From: Candidatus Obscuribacteraceae bacterium
GTDB taxonomy: Bacteria > Cyanobacteriota > Vampirovibrionia > Obscuribacterales > Obscuribacteraceae
NCBI GenBank assembly: GCA_044229845.1
Contig: JBGASG010000001.1
Coordinates: 352,001 to 416,000, forward strand
Reading direction: 5' to 3'
DNA length: 64,000 bases
Both the position numbers and the translations under genes were made by a program. The notes under the pieces were generated by a model, which saw only the letters and a list, made by a program, of their open reading frames with translations, made no database searches and was not told the origin of the DNA. Positions within the stretch are counted from its first letter, which is position 1; each line of letters starts with the position of its first letter. This document shows, in pieces, positions 58,130 to 64,000 of this stretch.

Positions 58130-59032
58130 TTAACGGCTGCCCATGCCGCCGGTAGCGGTTCCGTCAGCGCTGCCGTCCCGCAAATAGCCCTGCCAGCGCA
58201 GCACCCAGTCAGCCACCTCATCCACGACCGGGTCAAACATGAGGTCGTGCCAGGCATGCTCGAAGCTGTGCGCTTGTTTGTACGGCGCCGGGATGCGCCG
58301 ATATATCTGTTCGCTGGCTACGTTATCGACGATACGGTCTTGTCCGGCAGTCAGCATCAATAGCGGGGCAGGAAACTGCTCCAGATGCTTCAGCCACTTC
58401 ATCGTCCGCTGCGACAGAAGCAACAGCTCCAGTAGCATCTTGCCGGGCAGCTTGAACCGGCGCATCACATCATCGGTCATGAAACGAACCGACGCCGGAT
58501 CGCGTGACACCATATCCGGCGTATACGGAACCTCTACCTCTAACTGCGGCCATAGACATGCCTTGAGAATGGTGACCAGCTGGTACTGTTTCGTGAAGGT
58601 TTTTGGATATCCCTGAAAACCAGGTGAGCACAGGATGAGCCCATCAGGGCGAATAAATTCGCATGCCGCGATACAAAGCAATGCACCCGCCGAGTTGCCA
58701 ATCAAATTGATCGGCACGGACGGACCCAACTGCCGGCGCAGGTTGTCGTAAGCAAAAATTACTTCGTCGACCCAGACCGAGGCGTCGTCAACCCACTCAT
58801 CACGCCGCTTGCCAAACCCTTTCAGGTCGAAAGAAACAGTGTAGATGCGTCGCACCTTCAATTGCCGGGCGAACGCCTCAAACCAACCGCTGTGAGCGCC
58901 CAGCCCGTGGACTAGCAAAGCAGCTGAACGGCTGTCGTTCGGCGTGCCCCAGGACCGCGCCGGCAGAGCCATTCGGCCGCCGCCGATCTCAAAGTACGCG
59001 CAGGTGGGCGTCAGGTTAATATCAGCAGTCAT
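58130..59032 (-). CDS. alpha/beta hydrolase, lysophospholipase-like
   Basis: VHGLGAHSG, DLKGFG, GNSAG, DRIV and WHD. Confidence 0.88.
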   Translation of the reverse strand: MTADINLTPTCAYFEIGGGRMALPARSWGTPNDSRSAALLVHGLGAHSGWFEAFARQLKVRRIYTVSFDLKGFGKRRDEWVDDASVWVDEVIFAYDNLRRQLGPSVPINLIGNSAGALLCIAACEFIRPDGLILCSPGFQGYPKTFTKQYQLVTILKACLWPQLEVEVPYTPDMVSRDPASVRFMTDDVMRRFKLPGKMLLELLLLSQRTMKWLKHLEQFPAPLLMLTAGQDRIVDNVASEQIYRRIPAPYKQAHSFEHAWHDLMFDPVVDEVADWVLRWQGYLRDGSADGTATGGMGSR

Positions 59033-59082
59033 TCAGCACGATATTATAGCTTTACAGGTGGTGCGTCACCGCACCGGAGGAT

Positions 59083-60618
59083 GTGATCGTTCCAGAAGCA
59101 CAAAAGGCGACAGAGGCAGCCGATGCCACAACTGATACTCAAGGTGGTATCACTTTGCGTGTCATCGGGCTGGTGCTCGTTTGTCTTTTAACCGCTGCGG
59201 CAGTGGTGTTGATCTTCTGGAAGCCGAACCAGACTCCGCTCGAGCGCGCTGCCATGCTGGTGCGCGACCACAAAAGCGCTGCCGCGTTGCCGTTGTTGCA
59301 ACAGCTGGAGGAAGAGCGAAACCCGGATGTTTACCCGTATCTCGCCCAGGCTTATCTTGATACGGATAACTTTCCGATGGGACGAACCGCCCTTGATACC
59401 GCGGTAAAACTGCACACACCATGCGAAGTGACGGCGCCGGTGGTTCTTTCCTATGCGCGCCGCTACCAGGCGCAAAACGACTTCGCCGAAGCCGAGAAGG
59501 TGTTCGTCTCAGCTGAAGATGTGTGCAAAGACAACGCCTCTCTCAACGAAGGCAAGGCGCGCATGTACTTTGCCTGGTCCGAGCAGGACGCCGGCAACAA
59601 TAAAATTCAGGAAGCGATCACGCATTTGCAGGCGGCACAGAAAGACCTCTCCAGCCTCAGTAACGTCGACGATTTGAAGGTGCAAGTTCCGCACCGGATG
59701 GCTGAATACTACCGGCAACTGGCTGCCCAGGCTGAGGGCGAGGACGAAAAACGGGCGGTGCAGTACCTGGAGATGAGCCTGGCTGCATCGGATGAGCCCC
59801 TGACGCGCATGCTTCTGGGCAACATCTACAGACGCGAGAACGAGCTGGCTAAAGCCATCGAGCACTACCGGCGCGTTGCGCAAATGGATCAAAACAATCT
59901 AGAGGCGCGGCACAATCTGGTCGAACTGTCGATGAAGACAGGCGATATGGCTGGCGCACACGATGCTCTGCAGGAGTTGACCGAACGCGAAAAGAGCATC
60001 GAAAACTTTGAGCTATTGGCTAATCTGGCGATCAAATTGGGCAATTACGCCAGCGCTGTGCGCGCTTTAGAAGAAGCTTCCAATCTGCGCGAAAAGGATC
60101 TGGTGATTCTGGCGCGGCTGGAAAAGATTCTGCTGGAGTGGAGCGATCAGTTGCAGCGCGAGGGCAAAGCCGACGAATCGTTCTCCGTGAAGGGGCATGC
60201 CGAGCGCGTCAAAGACATGATTCACGAAATTCAGCTGGAAGCTGCCAAAGATACTAAGGTTGCAGAGAAGGGCGGCGATGAAAATGTCGTCTGGACGGCC
60301 GGCACGCCGCCGGTTTCTTTGCTGTCGTCACGCATTGTTCTGCCCCGTGGCAGCTTGACTCCGGAAGGCGAGATTCGCGTCAAGAACATCACCGGACAGC
60401 ACCAGGATGCGGTTCCGCTGACTTTCGTCTTCTATGACAACACGACAAAGCGGCGCCTGGGTTCGGTTACAGCCTCCGCGCCTTCCATGGAACCGGGCGC
60501 GATGCGCAGCATATACTTCTCGTCGCCCAACATCGTAAAGACCGACCATCGCCTGGCTGTCATCATTTTTTGGAAGGGGCGCCTGATTAAGGAGCTGCCC
60601 ATCCTTAAGGAACACTGA
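59083..60618 (+). CDS. membrane-anchored TPR protein
   Basis: TM segment followed by TPR-like helices (LGNIYRRENELAKAIEHY). Confidence 0.82.
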   Translation: MIVPEAQKATEAADATTDTQGGITLRVIGLVLVCLLTAAAVVLIFWKPNQTPLERAAMLVRDHKSAAALPLLQQLEEERNPDVYPYLAQAYLDTDNFPMGRTALDTAVKLHTPCEVTAPVVLSYARRYQAQNDFAEAEKVFVSAEDVCKDNASLNEGKARMYFAWSEQDAGNNKIQEAITHLQAAQKDLSSLSNVDDLKVQVPHRMAEYYRQLAAQAEGEDEKRAVQYLEMSLAASDEPLTRMLLGNIYRRENELAKAIEHYRRVAQMDQNNLEARHNLVELSMKTGDMAGAHDALQELTEREKSIENFELLANLAIKLGNYASAVRALEEASNLREKDLVILARLEKILLEWSDQLQREGKADESFSVKGHAERVKDMIHEIQLEAAKDTKVAEKGGDENVVWTAGTPPVSLLSSRIVLPRGSLTPEGEIRVKNITGQHQDAVPLTFVFYDNTTKRRLGSVTASAPSMEPGAMRSIYFSSPNIVKTDHRLAVIIFWKGRLIKELPILKEH

Positions 60619-60695
60619 CAAAGCCGACCCCTTGAGCCCTGACCGCGTCGGCAAGTGATAGACTTACTGAGCCAGAAGCGCCTGGCATAAGCATC

Positions 60696-61184
60696 ATGAC
60701 TATTACTCCTCAAGCAACTAAAGCCGACCCTGCCACCTGCCGCCATGAATATGTGCGCATCTATCAGCGCCGTCTGAAGGGGCTTGAACGTCGCCTGGTG
60801 GCAACCAAGGCGTATCTGCCGGTCGGTTTCAAGATGACTGACTTCGGTCATCTGGGCGAAGGCAGCTATTGCTTTTGCTCGCGGTGCCGGACGCGCTTGT
60901 TTCCGAAACGAACCACCGCCGAGAAGGCCGCCGCCAAGGCTGCACTGGCAGCCGAAAAAGCTGCCGCCGCTGCTGGAGTGGGGCTGGGAGCCGGAGAGGA
61001 TGATGCCGCCCTCGAGACTATTGATGCCCTTGATGCAAGTGATACCGCTGATGACACCAGCGAAAAAGGCGTCCCTGATATTCACGTCGAAGAACTCGAA
61101 CTCGAATCCACTGAACTCGAAGACCTCGAGCAGGGATCCGTGGCCGTGGAGGACGACATTGCCGACGACAGCTCAGAGCCGTAA
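60696..61184 (+). CDS. hypothetical protein with a possible Zn site and an acidic tail
   Basis: CRH..CFCSRC, Ala/Lys helix, D/E-rich C-terminus. Confidence 0.7.
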   Translation: MTITPQATKADPATCRHEYVRIYQRRLKGLERRLVATKAYLPVGFKMTDFGHLGEGSYCFCSRCRTRLFPKRTTAEKAAAKAALAAEKAAAAAGVGLGAGEDDAALETIDALDASDTADDTSEKGVPDIHVEELELESTELEDLEQGSVAVEDDIADDSSEP

Positions 61185-61330
61185 GGAGTAAACATGTTTC
61201 GCCTGTTTGAGAAGATATTTGCGATCCTGGCAATTTTTCCACCTGTCTATATGCTGTACCGCTATTGCCGCTGGTACGTGCGCTCCGCCGACCTGCCGGC
61301 AGCGCAGCAAGCCGATGACTAAGTAGGAAG

Positions 61331-61936
61331 ATGCAGCGATACTTCGCCAGAGTCGTGCGCGCCATCATCGTATCCGTCCTGGGATTCGGTGGTGGCATCG
61401 GCCTGATGACGTTTATCGCGGCGATCGTCCTGACCGGCAAACAGCAGGGCGCCATCATGATCGGGCTGATCGCGGCCGCCGGCGTCGGTTCTGTGTTTGC
61501 CATCATTTTCGCCTTTGTGCTTTTGCTGTCCGACCTGACTCCCCGTGTATTTCGGTCGGGGTCCAAAATCAAACGCGACGAAATCTGGGAGTTGGAACAG
61601 ACTCGCGAATATATGGTGCACGGCACCGCCCGTGATGCGAAGCGCTTCTGCCGCGAGGCACTGTTAGCGGTGCCCAATGTCAATTCGATATTGGAACCCG
61701 AAGATTCGGACGACGTGATTCGGGCGTCTATTGGGCGTTCGTGGCGTTCTGCCGGCGAAAATATGGAATGCAAAATCATCCCCCGGGATCAGGAATATTC
61801 CCTGATAACCTGCAGAAGCCATTGCGTTACGCCGGAAGTGCAGTTTGATTATGCGAAAAACTTCGAGAACGTCGAAGCCTGGTTGCGCATGATGAACCGG
61901 CTGGCGGAAGGCAAAAAGAAGGTGCGAGCGGAATGA
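61331..61936 (+). CDS. hypothetical membrane protein (2 TM)
   Basis: AGGA upstream; two hydrophobic segments; stop overlaps the next ATG. Confidence 0.75.
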   Translation: MQRYFARVVRAIIVSVLGFGGGIGLMTFIAAIVLTGKQQGAIMIGLIAAAGVGSVFAIIFAFVLLLSDLTPRVFRSGSKIKRDEIWELEQTREYMVHGTARDAKRFCREALLAVPNVNSILEPEDSDDVIRASIGRSWRSAGENMECKIIPRDQEYSLITCRSHCVTPEVQFDYAKNFENVEAWLRMMNRLAEGKKKVRAE

Positions 61937-63006
61937 AGGCGGCGGTCGGGATGCGGATTGCGAGTGCGAGTACTGGTACGACGAAACGTATAGTGTTGAC
62001 CGCGCTGATTGCGGTGTTTGCGCTGGGCGCGAACTGCGGCTGCACCGATTTGCTGGGCACCTTCGGCAAAGACAGCCGTATCAAAGGCGGGCTGATGGCC
62101 GGAAAAGACTATTACAAGGATGAGGAGTACAAGAAGGCTGCCGAGGAATTCAGCCGCGCGCTGGAACTTGACCCGGAGAACACCGAACTTTTGATCTGGC
62201 GCGGTGATTCCTATCTCAAGCTGAAAGAAAACGAGAAGGCAATGAATGACTATTCGAAGGCGATCAAAATTGATCCTTCGGCAGGAAACGCCTACGTCGC
62301 GCGCGCGGATGGTTATCTGGCTCTCAAAGATTATGAGCGGCAAATCGAGGATCTCGATAGGGCTCTGACGTTGGAACTGGACGATCAGATGTTGAAGGAT
62401 GTATACGTCAATCGCGCCAACGCCTTCAATCATCTGAAGAAATACGATAAAGCGCTTGCCGACGCGGAGAAGGCCGTGAAGCTCAACGAGGAAAGCGCCA
62501 TGGCCTGGGCGAACCAGGGTGATGCTCTATGCGGGTTGGAGCGCTATGCCGAAGGCGCGGCTGCCTACACAAAGGCGATTAACATCACGCCGAAGGACGC
62601 CGATTTGTACTACTGCCGGGGCGACGCATACATTGATGCCGACGAGCCGGAGAAGGCGCTTGCTGATTTGAACAAGTCGATACGGCTGGATCCGAGTGTG
62701 GATGGTGTTTATGTGAGCCGTGCCGACGTCTACAACACCATGGCACAGTACCAAGCCGCCCTCGATGACGCCGATAAGGCTGCGGAACTCGGGGACGACA
62801 GCTGGGCGATGTACTTCAATCGGGGGCGGGCGCTGACAGGGCTGGACAGGGCGAAAGAGGGCGTCGAGGAATACACCAAATCGCTGGCAGCCAAGGAGGT
62901 GCCCATGACCTACGAATACCGGGGGCGGGCCTACGACAAGCTTGGAGATAAGGCGGCGGCTGCCGCAGACCACGCCCAGGCGAAGAGATTGGGCTGGAAG
63001 AAGTGA
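61933..63006 (+). CDS. exported TPR protein, possibly a lipoprotein
   Basis: Many canonical TPR repeats (YYCRGDAY..KALADLNKSIRLDP). Confidence 0.9.
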   Translation: MKAAVGMRIASASTGTTKRIVLTALIAVFALGANCGCTDLLGTFGKDSRIKGGLMAGKDYYKDEEYKKAAEEFSRALELDPENTELLIWRGDSYLKLKENEKAMNDYSKAIKIDPSAGNAYVARADGYLALKDYERQIEDLDRALTLELDDQMLKDVYVNRANAFNHLKKYDKALADAEKAVKLNEESAMAWANQGDALCGLERYAEGAAAYTKAINITPKDADLYYCRGDAYIDADEPEKALADLNKSIRLDPSVDGVYVSRADVYNTMAQYQAALDDADKAAELGDDSWAMYFNRGRALTGLDRAKEGVEEYTKSLAAKEVPMTYEYRGRAYDKLGDKAAAAADHAQAKRLGWKK

Positions 63007-63030
63007 TCTGGTAAAATTAGGTCACACCAT

Positions 63031-63106
63031 GCGGGTGTAGCTCAGTTGGTAGAGCGTCTGCTTCCCAAGCAGAAGGTCGCGAGTTCGAGACTCGTCCCCC
63101 GCTCCA
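63031..63106 (+). tRNA. tRNA-Gly (CCC)
   Basis: TAGCTCAGTTGGTAGAGC D-arm, TCTGC-TTCCCAA-GCAGA anticodon arm, GTTCGAGAC, discriminator T plus CCA. Confidence 0.96.
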
Positions 63107-63372
63107 TTTCTTCTGAAGATCCAGTGCGCCTGGTAATCACAAAGTATTCGGTGAGCCAGAGCTTGATGCCGGGCGCCGTCTGCTAGCCTATTTGGAGGCA
63201 GTCACATTTGCCATGGCTGCTCAAAAAGCTGCGTGGGTTCGCGGGACTAAACGCCTCGCGAGCCAAAGCTAAACTTTGCCGAAGTACAGTGATGCTGGTG
63301 TGAGTGATTTGCAAACCGAGACAGGGAACGAAGTGTGTGAAATCGAAGGTCACTCGAGGAGGAGAGGCGGTT

Positions 63373-64000
63373 GTGATCAGGCAAGTAATCGGTGCGGTTT
63401 GCATCGCTCTGGCTGGATTGTTACCGATTGCCCAGGCACAAAACTACAGTCCGGGAGCGGTACCGGGAGCGGTACCAAGTGAACACTTTGGTGTCAACAC
63501 AGGTGGGGTCGGTGGCACCCCAAGCGGCATCCGAGCAAGAGGAAATCTTGCTTCACCAGATTATTTTCAGAGGCGGCAAGCTGCGGATGAGAACCAGCAA
63601 CAAAACATCCTAAATCTGACTGGGAAATACGGTCGCAAAAGAGCTAGCGAATACTTCCAGCAATGGCTCAACAAGCGCCACGGCACTGTAGCTGAACCTG
63701 GTCCCGCGCCAGAACCTGCTCCGGCGCCGAAAATACCGGAGGGAATGGTGTTTATGGGCGCAGGCGGCGCGTGGCCGCCAGGTGATGGTGGACCGGGAGA
63801 TAGGCCACCGGATCGAGTCTATGAAGATCCCGAGACTGGCGACATTGTCTGCATTTGGTACAGACCGGGCAAACCACCGATCGTGCTCAGAACGCCTGCC
63901 TACGACCCACTGGTAATCGAAGTCTTCTTTCCCAACGGCATGGCTACTCCGGGCTGGCTTGAACACCAGATTGCTACCTCGCCTGAATATTACATCCGAA
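63373..64000 (+). CDS. exported hypothetical protein, truncated by the window end (not in the ORF track)
   Basis: GAGGAGGAG before GTG; MIRQVIGAVCIALAGLLPIAQA signal peptide; frame open to 64000. Confidence 0.75.
   Translation, partial: MIRQVIGAVCIALAGLLPIAQAQNYSPGAVPGAVPSEHFGVNTGGVGGTPSGIRARGNLASPDYFQRRQAADENQQQNILNLTGKYGRKRASEYFQQWLNKRHGTVAEPGPAPEPAPAPKIPEGMVFMGAGGAWPPGDGGPGDRPPDRVYEDPETGDIVCIWYRPGKPPIVLRTPAYDPLVIEVFFPNGMATPGWLEHQIATSPEYYIR

Overview
A chromosomal window, mostly core genome, with moderately high GC. The protein repertoire suggests a non-photosynthetic relative of Cyanobacteria (Vampirovibrionia/Melainabacteria, Obscuribacterales-like). This is my inference from the CxxC-tipped Ser/Thr kinase-LRR, the caspase-like protein, the many TPR proteins and the cyanobacterial-looking 7Fe ferredoxin; it is not a database result. 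Housekeeping content: purF-purC-purD-purN, a MATE transporter, acpS/folK, tatC, infC-rpmI-rplT, rpsF-ssb-rpsR, xerD, an AsmA-like protein, trmFO, rpsO-pnp, HU, rsfS, an acyl-CoA ligase, tRNA-Leu(CAG) and tRNA-Gly(CCC). I saw no cas genes, transposases, phage structural genes or rRNA. The most unusual signals are: (1) an array of 15-16-bp GC-rich palindromes with unique spacers and a mostly 31-32-bp period (9951-10126) beside a leaderless MerR-like HTH + VIT/vWA operon; (2) two near-identical MazF/PemK genes, each preceded by a different small antitoxin-like ORF, possibly starting at ATT; (3) three protease homologs (M50, caspase, retropepsin-like) that have each lost their catalytic residues; (4) several strongly structured intergenic segments (53301-53535, 52400-52640, 28557-28707, 26185-26231, 24644-24741). 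All family assignments come from reading motifs by eye.
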